From a virus (taxonomy: Duplodnaviria; Caudoviricetes), in the IMG/VR virus record IMGVR_UViG_3300010355_001062, positions 1 to 64,000 of that record: a DNA stretch of 64,000 nucleotides; one strand, 5' to 3'. This document shows positions 1 to 9,280 of the stretch, piece after piece. The translations under genes were made by a program, and so were the position numbers. Positions within the stretch are counted from its first letter, which is position 1. Each line of letters begins with the position of its first letter. The notes under the pieces are model-generated. The model saw nothing but the letters and a program-made list of their open reading frames with translations, searched no databases and had not been told where the DNA came from.

Positions 1-380
1 CTTCCGATCTTATACTCAGCGCAACGTAATGTATTTTTAAGTTTTTGGATGTGAGTCTGCGTACGGCTATCATAGTGTATACGAGCATCTCCGATGGTAC
101 TATGAGCATACTTAGTTCTAGCCGTACCATTACACCATTTTACCTCGTGAGCATTTATATCAGCTACCCAATAACCTTTTGGTGTTACCTTAACGATGCG
201 CAGGATAAATAGAGCTGGGCGTGATTCCACTCGTTTCACCTTCCCTAGTTCTTCATCTATGGGTAAGTTACGAGTAGAATACCAGATACCGTCCTTACCC
301 AATAAGGCCGGCGCTACTTGGAAACGATAAGCTACACCTAAGTGGGTGGTGCCAAAATCAGCTAGTAGTTGCTTTTTCAT
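1..380 (-). CDS. Hypothetical phage protein, partial (runs off the window edge; not in the ORF track)
   Basis: Hand translation from ATG at 380: MKKQLLADFGTTHLGVAYRFQ...IVKVTPKGYW..., open to position 1. Confidence 0.7.
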   Translation of the reverse strand, partial: MKKQLLADFGTTHLGVAYRFQVAPALLGKDGIWYSTRNLPIDEELGKVKRVESRPALFILRIVKVTPKGYWVADINAHEVKWCNGTARTKYAHSTIGDARIHYDSRTQTHIQKLKNTLRCAEYKIG

Positions 381-393
381 AAGTTCGTTTTAG

Positions 394-466
394 TGGGCCA
401 TGTAGGATTTGAACCTACGACCACCTGATTATGAGTCAGACGCTCTAACCACTGAGCTAATGGCCC
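394..466 (-). tRNA. tRNA with CAT anticodon, most likely tRNA-Ile2 (lysidine-modified, reads AUA); CCA not encoded
   Basis: GGGCCATTAGCTCAGTGGTTAGAGCGTCTGACTCATAATCAGGTGGTCGTAGGTTCAAATCCTACATGGCCCA folds as a cloverleaf. It has G1-C72, C4-G69/C5-G68 and no initiator features. Confidence 0.9.
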
Positions 467-509
467 TAGAGGTGGGAAAGCCCACCCAAAAACTATTTAG
501 AATGCCTCT

Positions 510-1025
510 TTAGTAGTGTATAATGGCGTCGGGTGTCGGGCCTAATATAGCATTTGTTTTAACTATAATAGCCTGAAATTCTGAGTAGTCGATAATACTA
601 CCTAATTCCTCACTTAAGGCATCAGGTAAAAGTAACGCGTTATTCATTACAAAAGCCTCTCTATGGCTCAAACCTCGCTCAGACAGATATTTATACACCT
701 TTATGCTAGCATCGACTTCGGAAATATCCGTCTTTATAGCATAGTATATACGTAAAGCAGTACCGTATAGGGTACGTATTCCGATCTCTCCCTCGCAGAA
801 TGTAAAGAAAGAACCCCAAGGCATTACCTTAGGCCTCCACTCTAAGAATGGCCCAGCGATAATATCGTACAATTCGCTAGGACAGTCTTCATTGCCATGT
901 GAAAAATCTACAAACTTGATATTCCCTGACTTTACGAGGAATGATCTAGCGACGTATACATCACGTTCTGTGCCTACTACATGTATTCTTAAATTCATCA
1001 GAAATGCCATTTTGGGTGTTTCCAA
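510..1025 (-). CDS. Hypothetical protein
   Basis: 171-aa ORF in the tightly packed minus-strand operon. Confidence 0.7.
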   Translation of the reverse strand: METPKMAFLMNLRIHVVGTERDVYVARSFLVKSGNIKFVDFSHGNEDCPSELYDIIAGPFLEWRPKVMPWGSFFTFCEGEIGIRTLYGTALRIYYAIKTDISEVDASIKVYKYLSERGLSHREAFVMNNALLLPDALSEELGSIIDYSEFQAIIVKTNAILGPTPDAIIHY

Positions 1026-1249
1026 GTACTTTCGCTAAGAGCATTAGCTACTGATGACCAAGTATCGTTAGTTAGCGGGTATACTCCATAGTCCTCGTCG
1101 TCGATCTCCACACGTAGCCCCTTTATATCACCTATAACCTTTACTACTGAACCTCCTATTAAGCATTTAGCTCCGTAATCAGTTAGCTGTAAGCTAGGGT
1201 ATAAAGCCCTAGTGAATAACTCGGTTCTTTCAATTAGCTGTCCAGCCAT
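998..1249 (-). CDS. Hypothetical protein
   Basis: 83-aa ORF overlapping both neighbours. Confidence 0.65.
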   Translation of the reverse strand: MAGQLIERTELFTRALYPSLQLTDYGAKCLIGGSVVKVIGDIKGLRVEIDDEDYGVYPLTNDTWSSVANALSESTWKHPKWHF

Positions 1250-1829
1250 CTTGTAACTCGGTCATAAATGAAGGAAACTCCCAAGCTACGCTTGGCTGAT
1301 CTAACCCGCTCACCATAGCACTTATCGGAGCTAGGTAAAGCGAATGGAACTCGTAGTAAGTGTCGTCACAATCGGCTATTCTCAGAGCATAGGGGAATTC
1401 GCGTATATCCGACATCTTATCGCCTAGGCGCTTAAAGAAACGCCCTAGTATTGTAGCCTGCTCGTAAGTGCTTAATTTATGGAAAATTGCAAGCACTTCT
1501 GGGTTGCTTAACTCCTTCTTGCGCTTGCTATAAGGCAGATCAATTTGAGTAAGATGTTGCATATAGCTATGAGCCATTGCACACTTCATTTGGAATTTAC
1601 TATTATACCAATCCAGCCCATTGCTCACAGTAACTCCTGGTTGCATGATGATGGATAATTCCCCATAATGAAGTCCGGGCTTATCGCGGAAGCCATACCA
1701 ACTGCCTTTATCGATAGCTTCAAAATCGACTCGTACATACGTGCAATCATCGACCCTTAGTAAGCCGTCCGGCGCTTCTAAAATCAGCTTGGCGTAATCC
1801 TTTCTTTTCATATCAATGAATTTTATCAA
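1230..1829 (-). CDS. Hypothetical protein (true start probably ATG at ~1811)
   Basis: 199-aa ORF; the track's TTG start lies inside the promoter -7 box. Confidence 0.7.
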   Translation of the reverse strand: MIKFIDMKRKDYAKLILEAPDGLLRVDDCTYVRVDFEAIDKGSWYGFRDKPGLHYGELSIIMQPGVTVSNGLDWYNSKFQMKCAMAHSYMQHLTQIDLPYSKRKKELSNPEVLAIFHKLSTYEQATILGRFFKRLGDKMSDIREFPYALRIADCDDTYYEFHSLYLAPISAMVSGLDQPSVAWEFPSFMTELQDGWTAN

Positions 1830-1858
1830 AGATATTAATATTATTTGAAAATTCCAAT
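1827..1858 (-). promoter_or_regulatory. Bacteroidota-type sigma70 promoter
   Basis: ATTG-N20-TATCTTTG on the minus strand, matching the TTTG/TAnnTTTG -33/-7 consensus. Confidence 0.7.
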
Positions 1859-1862
1859 AATA

Positions 1863-2159
1863 TTAAGGATAAATAAAAAATTTCTTTATGCGATCTTTAG
1901 CGAAAACAGTAGCTTCCATCTTTTCGAAGTCCACCAGACCCGTAGTATGGTTATAGCTATTGTTCAAGCTATAGCCTATATAGCTGGTGTCCCTACCCTT
2001 TATGCAACGAGTAGCATGCACTGCGAATAGTTGTTCCTGAACCTCCGATAGCTTATATAAAGCGATGCCACGATCCAGTTGCACTTCACTAGCTGGCGTA
2101 GGGTCTTGATAAGAACACCCAGCTAATAGCACTAAAAACAATAGGTTAATCTTTTTCAT
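1863..2159 (-). CDS. Putative lipoprotein
   Basis: MKKINLLFLVLLAG-C lipobox. Confidence 0.7.
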   Translation of the reverse strand: MKKINLLFLVLLAGCSYQDPTPASEVQLDRGIALYKLSEVQEQLFAVHATRCIKGRDTSYIGYSLNNSYNHTTGLVDFEKMEATVFAKDRIKKFFIYP

Positions 2160-2460
2160 CGCCGTCGATTTTATTGATTAGTAAATTAATTCTGCCAACT
2201 ACCCAGGCTATAAATAAAATAACCCACACTAAGCCACCCATTATCGCCATCTTTATGAGATCGCTTGGTAACCAGTCCATGCCATATAAGCCGTTCACTA
2301 CTTTACGCCTTTTAATACTTCTTATAAAGCTACCGTATAGCTCGTAGTCGGTGTCGTAGCCCAAACTGGCTTTACCTGATTTTAGCCTAAGTAACTGCAA
2401 TATAGCCAATATCAATGTAGGTATAGCTCCCAAAACATAAAATAGTAGATATGCATTCAT
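2146..2460 (-). CDS. Small membrane protein
   Basis: Two hydrophobic segments. Confidence 0.65.
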   Translation of the reverse strand: MNAYLLFYVLGAIPTLILAILQLLRLKSGKASLGYDTDYELYGSFIRSIKRRKVVNGLYGMDWLPSDLIKMAIMGGLVWVILFIAWVVGRINLLINKIDGDEKD

Positions 2461-2804
2461 CGTATAGGTTTTAGCTGTTCAATGAATGCTAGAGCATCGA
2501 AATCATCCATTACGTATAGCTTAGCATACGGTTCCAGCTGTGCAGTACGCGTATCGTATACCCAGGGATTATAGCATTTAATAATAGCTAAGCCCTCTAA
2601 CGCCGGTTCCATACCACGCTCGTCCTTATAGAACTTAGAGAAATTAACCCAGAATGCACCTAATTCAGCTACATTCAACGTAGCCAAACGCGTAGAATCT
2701 ACCGCACTTATAGTAGCCGATGGCAATGTGCCCTTGATTGCTTCGGCTTCCCAATCAGCACCGAATAGCAGCATAAAAAGCTGTAATATTATCACGTTAC
2801 ACAT
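2457..2804 (-). CDS. Hypothetical protein
   Basis: 115-aa ORF with overlapping start/stop junctions. Confidence 0.6.
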   Translation of the reverse strand: MCNVIILQLFMLLFGADWEAEAIKGTLPSATISAVDSTRLATLNVAELGAFWVNFSKFYKDERGMEPALEGLAIIKCYNPWVYDTRTAQLEPYAKLYVMDDFDALAFIEQLKPIR

Positions 2805-3264
2805 TTAGTTGTTGTGTTATGTACGCGTCGATGTTATCGAAAATAATCTTCGTCACATCATCAAGTACTCTAGTATTTATAATAGTACGTCCTATAAAGT
2901 CCGTACGATGACCATTACTCGAAAAAGCAAATGAGCCAGGAGTAGGCGAATCATAAAACGCCATACTCTTAGCTATTTTGAAAGCACTTTCAAGCGAACC
3001 GAATCTTTTCTTTAGTCCTTCGATCAATTCAGAAAAAGCCCCGCGATTAGCTCCGAATGGTACTCTATCAGCCTTTACGCCCTTATCGATTATAAGGCCA
3101 TATTCTTCCATGTATATTTTCGCTACTAGCGTGTCACCCTCGGTAGCTACAACCACCTTCATATCAGCTAACTTACCGCTAAAATAGTGCCCTTGAGCTT
3201 TAAGCTCTACTACCAGCTCTTGCTTTAGCTTTGTACCAGCCTCTAATAATGTGAAACCCTTCAT
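2797..3264 (-). CDS. Putative neck/tail-completion (HK97 gp10-like) virion morphogenesis protein
   Basis: SGKL...EEYGLIIDKG pattern typical of this family. Confidence 0.5.
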   Translation of the reverse strand: MKGFTLLEAGTKLKQELVVELKAQGHYFSGKLADMKVVVATEGDTLVAKIYMEEYGLIIDKGVKADRVPFGANRGAFSELIEGLKKRFGSLESAFKIAKSMAFYDSPTPGSFAFSSNGHRTDFIGRTIINTRVLDDVTKIIFDNIDAYITQQLNV

Positions 3265-3433
3265 ACAAAAATATCAAGATGAATAATACAAGCAATAAAG
3301 GTGTAAGCACCACGAAGCTATATCTAGTGAATATAGCTATCGGTGACATAGCTCCAAAAACTATGCTGAGTAGCTCGCTCCATTCGTGCAACACAAATAA
3401 GAAGCATATGGCTGAGAAGTGGACTTTATTCAT
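3200..3433 (-). CDS. Small membrane protein
   Basis: Hydrophobic 77-aa ORF; 65-nt overlap with the next gene. Confidence 0.45.
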   Translation of the reverse strand: MNKVHFSAICFLFVLHEWSELLSIVFGAMSPIAIFTRYSFVVLTPLLLVLFILIFLYEGFHIIRGWYKAKARAGSRA

Positions 3434-3780
3434 TAATCAGCTATTAGCTTGATTTCCAATATTCTGATAGCATCGCAAGCTTGGTAGCTCATAATACCAC
3501 CGCCATCAACGGTTACTAGAAGCGAGCTATTATCCGTAGCGAATATGCCGAAATCAGTATCAGTATCGTTAGTCATCACTTCCATAGTATCAAGTTGCCC
3601 CTCTGTTCTTTGAAATACAACAGACCATAAGTATTCTTCATGTGGAACTACAGGTGGCTTGATATTAGTTCTCTTGCACTCAGCTAGTTCAGCCTGTTCT
3701 CTCTGCACTTTAAGAGCTACCCATGTGAAGCCACTAGCACAGACTATGAATGTAGCTATTAAAAGTATTCGCTCAACCAT
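3433..3780 (-). CDS. Membrane-anchored hypothetical protein
   Basis: N-terminal TM helix. Confidence 0.65.
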   Translation of the reverse strand: MVERILLIATFIVCASGFTWVALKVQREQAELAECKRTNIKPPVVPHEEYLWSVVFQRTEGQLDTMEVMTNDTDTDFGIFATDNSSLLVTVDGGGIMSYQACDAIRILEIKLIAD

Positions 3781-4336
3781 TGATGTATTTTTTGTATTTT
3801 TTAGTAATTACTTGACTCATGTGGCCTATAGCCCTAGCTCGTTGCAGTTCGTCCGGCGTCATTGGTTTATCCGGTTTATCCTCTTCACCTCTCAATGAAG
3901 GCCCGTACATATCTTGTGCGTGTATATAAGCTACCATGAATAGCTCGCTCTCCTTATCGTAATTGTCGCTATGGAATGCGAAATATTGCTGAAACTCAGC
4001 AACTAGCTGCAAAGGGCCGAATACTTCAAATTCAGTCTTTACTATATTACCATAACGACTGTATACAAACGAATAGTTCTCCCAATAAGCTTTACCAAAT
4101 ACTACCCATAAGGAATGATAGAAAAGCTTCTTATGATGTAATTTTATCCGCAGCTTTATCATAGTGTGCTTATTACCTAACCATTCGTCGTATGTCAAGC
4201 CTAGCTTTTCCAGATATTTAAGAAAAGCAATTCCAGCAGCGTTACGTTCGTGTATACTGTCCGACTCATTACTCTTTCGGTACAGGGCGCTAAGTTGCTC
4301 TATTTTCTTTTCGTCGATGTCGTTTATGTGCTTCAT
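3773..4336 (-). CDS. DUF2786-like domain protein
   Basis: N-terminal KIEQLSALYRKSNESDSIHERNAAGIAFLKYLEKLGL helical hairpin resembles DUF2786. Confidence 0.55.
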   Translation of the reverse strand: MKHINDIDEKKIEQLSALYRKSNESDSIHERNAAGIAFLKYLEKLGLTYDEWLGNKHTMIKLRIKLHHKKLFYHSLWVVFGKAYWENYSFVYSRYGNIVKTEFEVFGPLQLVAEFQQYFAFHSDNYDKESELFMVAYIHAQDMYGPSLRGEEDKPDKPMTPDELQRARAIGHMSQVITKKYKKYING

Positions 4337-4839
4337 ATGTAGTAAGTTTTCTCTGTGTATGCCAAACCACGTAGAGCACTAATAATAGCAGCTAGTTTTA
4401 ATAGCTTGCTACTAGAATAAGTAAATTCTGGGCCTACTCGTTCTGCATCATATAGTAGCTTGTACATCTGCTTATTACGGTAACGGCTAGCTATAATGCG
4501 TACGCCGTAATTACGGCCACTGGTAGTTGTGAATACTACAGTACCAGAACGATGCTTTTCTAGCACTTCTCTAATATGGGAAGTAGTTAGTTTAATACTC
4601 GTTATCTCAGCCTTTACGCTGATAGGCACTTCGAGAGCTTCGATAGTGCGGCTTCTGTGATCTATTTTAAATCCAGTAGGGCACCACCACTCAGCGTATT
4701 TCACTACTACCGTTCTAAATAATTCCTTAGGCCCTGCAAAAGTTATTTTCTCCACCTCGCCGTCTAGCTTATGAAGTTTATAGACTCTTGTGATTGTAGG
4801 CTCCTGAGAATTCAAGCCAGATGTATCTTCTACATTCAT
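4333..4839 (-). CDS. Hypothetical protein
   Basis: 168-aa ORF. Confidence 0.65.
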   Translation of the reverse strand: MNVEDTSGLNSQEPTITRVYKLHKLDGEVEKITFAGPKELFRTVVVKYAEWWCPTGFKIDHRSRTIEALEVPISVKAEITSIKLTTSHIREVLEKHRSGTVVFTTTSGRNYGVRIIASRYRNKQMYKLLYDAERVGPEFTYSSSKLLKLAAIISALRGLAYTEKTYYI

Positions 4840-4886
4840 CGATATAGATTATGGAATGATGAAATTAATCGACCAGGCTCGAAGGG

Positions 4887-5171
4887 TTATACCTTAGGCT
4901 TGATTCTTTCAGGTTTCTTGTGCCAATCATAAGCAAACATTAACAAAGCTATAAATATAGCTATGAAGAAGGCTGAAACGAAGTAACGACCGGAGCCTAT
5001 AGCGTCCCATACAACCCTAGCCATATAGCACAGCGTAATGCCGAAGCTAATAGCCGTAATAGCCGAAGCTAGTTGAAAAAGTCTGTATTTTAGCATAGTG
5101 TGCATTTTGTTACCCCTGTTATGGGGTATAGTTGTTGTTCTTGTATTTCTAGGGTAGCTACACATTTGCAT
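4887..5171 (-). CDS. Small two-TM membrane protein (true start probably MHTMLKY, ~5105)
   Basis: Two hydrophobic helices. Confidence 0.6.
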   Translation of the reverse strand: MQMCSYPRNTRTTTIPHNRGNKMHTMLKYRLFQLASAITAISFGITLCYMARVVWDAIGSGRYFVSAFFIAIFIALLMFAYDWHKKPERIKPKV

Positions 5172-5758
5172 AATGTAACTTCAATTCCCAGATATATGCC
5201 TCCATTATAAGTGCGATCGAGTTCACGAGCTTCGCCGTACTGAATATCCAATTCGTCATGTATACACTTTATAGTATTCGCTTCCTTAGCTATTTTGTAG
5301 TCCGCGTAGTACAACCATGCGAATGCTCCAGAAAAATATTCTACGCGTACTATCTTTGTTAATTCGTTCATTATAGAACCTAACATTAACCTTTGCCAGA
5401 TGCGCGCTTGTGTAGGAGTTTGCTTACATGCAGGTGGGCAATAAGAGCAATCAGGTAGTACTCCTATAGCGAGCATACCAGTGAAACATGGGCCCTCAAA
5501 TGCTAGGTCTTTACGAAATGATACTGGGCCATTAGCCCATAATAACATGGGAAATCTAGCTACTAGTTTGTCGATACTGGCTCCAGCCGACACCCAGTAG
5601 CGCGACCAGAAATGCCCATTATTATAATCCTGCCATGTTTTACCTAAATTAGCAGCCGAAAATTCGTCGTCTGTATTGATGACAGCGAATGTATCGAAAT
5701 TGAGGCATTCAGTGCCTCTTATAGTCTTTGCGAGTTGCAATAATATTGTATCAAGCAT
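5090..5758 (-). CDS. Hypothetical protein, possible tail terminator/completion protein
   Basis: 222 aa; call rests mainly on context near the chaperone and neck genes. Confidence 0.35.
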   Translation of the reverse strand: MLDTILLQLAKTIRGTECLNFDTFAVINTDDEFSAANLGKTWQDYNNGHFWSRYWVSAGASIDKLVARFPMLLWANGPVSFRKDLAFEGPCFTGMLAIGVLPDCSYCPPACKQTPTQARIWQRLMLGSIMNELTKIVRVEYFSGAFAWLYYADYKIAKEANTIKCIHDELDIQYGEARELDRTYNGGIYLGIEVTLCKCVATLEIQEQQLYPITGVTKCTLC

Positions 5759-5957
5759 TTTGTGCCTTTTTATAAGCTCTTAAATTACGCGCTCCTGCTA
5801 CGCTTCTGCGCACTTGAGCCTTAGCTGAATCAGCGTCCACGTCTAGTACTTCTTTACTTTTCCAAACATGCCCTACCGTATACTCAACTAGGAATCTAAA
5901 CATGTCATTTATATTTTGATCATTCCATAAATATAAATAAATTCTCTGAATAATCAA
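5751..5957 (-). CDS. Hypothetical protein
   Basis: 68-aa ORF. Confidence 0.55.
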   Translation of the reverse strand: MIIQRIYLYLWNDQNINDMFRFLVEYTVGHVWKSKEVLDVDADSAKAQVRRSVAGARNLRAYKKAQNA

Positions 5958-5981
5958 AATATTTTATGAAAAATATATTAG

Positions 5982-6916
5982 CTACCAGGCTTGAGCTATA
6001 TTTAATCTAGCTATTAGGTCAACAGCTATCTCAAAGTCAAATTCCCAAGCTGCTAACACAGGACTTACATGCTGTTCAGCTGCCCAGCCCTTTTCAAGCA
6101 CTAGATCATACACCGAGTGCCAACCCAACATCAATGCTTTTTCGTGGGAAATTTCCGCCGCTTTGGCTTTGGCTTCGCGCTCTTGTGATGTTGCCGGGAT
6201 GGTGAAGCTGAGCTCATTCCAGAAAGCAGCGTATCGCGTGTCTTTATATAACCTCTCAATGTACGACGAAAAAAAAATCGCACCTTTAACACTTCGCTTA
6301 GCGGCAAATCTTCGAATAGCCTACCGCGCTCTTCTAGCCATTTGTCACGCTCACTAACGTTTATAGGCAACACTTCGCCTTCGCGTCTAGCCAATACTGC
6401 TATTTCCAGTAAACCCAATGAAAAAGCGAAATTGCCTTCCATGTCACCCTTTATATCTATAAGCTTTTGGAAATGCTTACCAAGCTCCATAGCTACTATA
6501 GCAGCACCTACCTTAACCTTGCCTGTACCCTTTAGTATGTCCGTAGAGTCTAGCAAATAGCGCTCACCAGCATACTCAATTACGTTATCGGCTGACTCAG
6601 GTCGGTATGATTCTATTACTGCGTATATATGATTGTACACACTTAGCGTATCGAACTCCATGTCGATAGTCAGGAATTCCGGTTGTATTGGCCTAGGCGT
6701 CTCGCCACTAGCCGGCTCGTACATTTCCAACTCATTCAGGGCCTCAGCTCCTATAATGGGCTCCAATATCATAGGCAATGCTCTATAGCCGAATGTCTGA
6801 TCAGCGAAATAAGCCTGCTCTACGGCTTTCATATCTATAAACTGCCTAAACCGTAGCTCGCTAGCTACGGTCGGCAATTCACAAGTTTTACCATTGTCCA
6901 GTCGGTAAGTTATCAT
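5982..6916 (-). CDS. Tail assembly chaperone, long (-1 frameshifted, gpGT-like) form of about 311 aa
   Basis: T9 slippery run at 6269-6277; the -1 frame continues 95 codons (SSYIERLYKDTRYAAFW...LGWHSVYDLVLEKGW...AW) to TAG at 5982-5984. Confidence 0.65.
6131..6916 (-). CDS. Tail assembly chaperone, short (gpG-like) form
   Basis: 261-aa ORF with VRFFF at the slippery site, followed by a low-complexity K/R/S/P tail. Confidence 0.6.
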   Translation of the reverse strand: MITYRLDNGKTCELPTVASELRFRQFIDMKAVEQAYFADQTFGYRALPMILEPIIGAEALNELEMYEPASGETPRPIQPEFLTIDMEFDTLSVYNHIYAVIESYRPESADNVIEYAGERYLLDSTDILKGTGKVKVGAAIVAMELGKHFQKLIDIKGDMEGNFAFSLGLLEIAVLARREGEVLPINVSERDKWLEERGRLFEDLPLSEVLKVRFFFRRTLRGYIKTRDTLLSGMSSASPSRQHHKSAKPKPKRRKFPTKKH

Positions 6917-7560
6917 GCGGGTGTATCGTTATAGGCATGTATGGCCTTAAGCACAGAAATATGATCACGATTGGTTTTTGACGAATAACGCTTACCTGTT
7001 AACGTAAAGTAAAATTGCAATGCACTATCCAAATCAGGTAGTGTAGTGAGTAAGCCCGCCCATTTCTCGTCTGTAGGTAGGGTCTCAGGGCCATGTACTC
7101 CATCATAAGTAATAATAGAGCCGACTTGATCGGAAGATACCGGGCCAGCGGGCAAGTCCATAGCTCCTGGTTCCAAGCTAGCTGTACTAGCACCGCTTGT
7201 TTGTAGTTTCACCATCTGCACTACAGCGGCTCCGGCCACCATTGACTGGTCAACCTTCTTACCACACGTAGGGCACTCGGGTTCCACCGGCCTAGGATTA
7301 CTCATTTGGCGTATACTGACATCACCAGTACGCACCACTTTACGCACCGGTAATGAAGGTATAGCCACATTGAGAGCTTCTTTATGTGACGGGAATACTA
7401 CACCCAATGTCATTATGACACCCTGAAAAGCTGCTCCCTGAGCCTTAGCTCCGAAATTAGGACGCAGCGCTATCATAAGTGCTATAAATTGCTCCAGTGC
7501 TGCATCCAGCGCCTCGCCTTCAAGCGGCAAAGCTTCTATGTTATTTTCCATTTTGCACAA
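6913..7560 (-). CDS. Hypothetical protein with a CPTC motif
   Basis: 215-aa ORF. Confidence 0.65.
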   Translation of the reverse strand: MCKMENNIEALPLEGEALDAALEQFIALMIALRPNFGAKAQGAAFQGVIMTLGVVFPSHKEALNVAIPSLPVRKVVRTGDVSIRQMSNPRPVEPECPTCGKKVDQSMVAGAAVVQMVKLQTSGASTASLEPGAMDLPAGPVSSDQVGSIITYDGVHGPETLPTDEKWAGLLTTLPDLDSALQFYFTLTGKRYSSKTNRDHISVLKAIHAYNDTPA

Positions 7561-8038
7561 TTGTTTTAGCTGCTACATGTATACTCTTGCCATAGAGTAC
7601 GTCCTCACCATAAATGAAACCATAATCCAAGCCAGCTTGCAATACGTTACCTTCAGTCACTCTATTGTAGAAATCACGTGAAACTGGTAGCACTATAGTA
7701 AAAGCTCGTTCTGTAGAATCGACTCTAGTATGGGCTAGCTCCAAGTTTATGTCAGTACATTGGAATGTCACCAGATAGATGAATCTACCACCGGCTTTTA
7801 TGGAATCGGTTTGTTGCAATTGAGCATTTGCTTCGTATAAGGCTATACGAGCTTTGTAAAGCTCTGAGCTTACTTTGGTATACTCAGCATTCAACGAGTC
7901 CAAATCATTCTGTATAAATTCAGCCTCTGGGCTACTGCTAAGGCCTAAAGCCTTGGTGTGGCTAAAATACTGATAAGCAAAAGTAGCAATACTCAAGCCT
8001 ATAATAGTAAATAGCAAGTTTCTAACGACCTTGTTCAT
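7541..8038 (-). CDS. Membrane-anchored coiled-coil protein
   Basis: N-terminal TM, coiled coil and beta-rich C-terminus. Confidence 0.65.
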   Translation of the reverse strand: MNKVVRNLLFTIIGLSIATFAYQYFSHTKALGLSSSPEAEFIQNDLDSLNAEYTKVSSELYKARIALYEANAQLQQTDSIKAGGRFIYLVTFQCTDINLELAHTRVDSTERAFTIVLPVSRDFYNRVTEGNVLQAGLDYGFIYGEDVLYGKSIHVAAKTIVQNGK

Positions 8039-8053
8039 ATGCTTTGGTTTAAG

Positions 8054-9280
8054 TTACACTGAATAAGCTTGTTCTTCGTAGGGTGGCAATTCGGGTACAG
8101 CTAACTTACCTAAAGCCCAGTAGCGTAAAGCATCCCATATGTGGTTGTGCTTAGTGCTATATGTCTCTTCCCCATTCAAGCTTTTTGATGGTATTATCAC
8201 ATATTGCTCTTGTTCTTTCATCCAAGCTGTATGAACTACTAGATACAATGTGTGCTCTTTTATTATGCCCACTCCACGTTTAATGGAGCCACCACGTCTG
8301 TTAGCTGATTTTATGTTGAAGCCATTCTCTTTCTTTAATAAATCAGCCTGCTCTTTAGCTACTGCATCATCCATTTCTACCTCAGTGTAGCCTACGCCGA
8401 CTTCGTCCATCATTTTAGCCAGCTCTGGTCTAGTTATGTAATTACCATAAATAGCACACCTAGCGTAAATGCGATTAGGGTAATCCATATCACGCCCTGC
8501 TTCTACCATAGCTAATGGGTCACCGTCATAACCATAATCTAAGCCGTAGCCCCTATGAGTTAGCATACGAGCTTCGAATTCGTGGTTTAAAATCCAGCGC
8601 ACATTAGGATAAACAGCTCCTTCAACTACACCTGTGAGACCTAAGCCATACACACGCCATTTATTAGCATCAGTAGCTTTATAGCTCATTATCGTAGCTA
8701 TAATATTAGGCGAACAATACGGGTTATCCATGAAAGTGGATATTAGTAGTATTGCTCTAGCCTGTTTTTGCACATGTGTATGAGCCCAGAACTTTGCTGT
8801 AGGGTTAAAATCCAGTATTACTTTATTCGTAGTCCGTAAACGAAGCTGATCATAAATGCTGTAGGCTATACCATTAGCTTCGTTTATAAATAAATATTGC
8901 CGTTTACCTGATTTAGCTCCTTGCTCTGTCTCAAATACCCGAAATTCGATAACTGACCCTGTATCAAATAAATACACATGATTAGTGCGATTGAACTTAA
9001 CTACACGATCCTTGACTTCCGGCGTTACAGCTAATATATTAGCTATATCGCGTATAGGCCCACTACGCATGTTCGGAAAGCTTTCTCCCGTGATCGTTAT
9101 CACAGCATTAGCCTCGGTTATAGCTATTAATAATAACCATTGCAGGGCGGAATAAGTTTTCGAAGAGCTTGTACCGCCCTGCAATATTATGGTATCGTTA
9201 TCCTGCCAAGCCTTAGCGAGCTGCCAAAATACTCTGGTAGTATTATGCTCATTGAACGGGGCTGGCGCGGCTACACTCAT
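8054..9280 (-). CDS. terL: Terminase large subunit (PBSX/Terminase_3-like)
   Basis: Walker A LQGGTSSSKT, FINEA Walker B, LDFNP, nuclease GLDYGYDGDP and HIWDALRY. Confidence 0.92.
   Translation of the reverse strand: MSVAAPAPFNEHNTTRVFWQLAKAWQDNDTIILQGGTSSSKTYSALQWLLLIAITEANAVITITGESFPNMRSGPIRDIANILAVTPEVKDRVVKFNRTNHVYLFDTGSVIEFRVFETEQGAKSGKRQYLFINEANGIAYSIYDQLRLRTTNKVILDFNPTAKFWAHTHVQKQARAILLISTFMDNPYCSPNIIATIMSYKATDANKWRVYGLGLTGVVEGAVYPNVRWILNHEFEARMLTHRGYGLDYGYDGDPLAMVEAGRDMDYPNRIYARCAIYGNYITRPELAKMMDEVGVGYTEVEMDDAVAKEQADLLKKENGFNIKSANRRGGSIKRGVGIIKEHTLYLVVHTAWMKEQEQYVIIPSKSLNGEETYSTKHNHIWDALRYWALGKLAVPELPPYEEQAYSV

Noticed and set aside
394-466. Initiator tRNA-fMet
   Set aside because: It has a paired G1-C72 and no three G-C pairs at the end of the anticodon stem.
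471-486. GGTGGG-AAAG-CCCACC hairpin as a terminator
   Set aside because: On the transcribed minus strand the T-run precedes rather than follows the stem; more likely a tRNA leader or processing structure.
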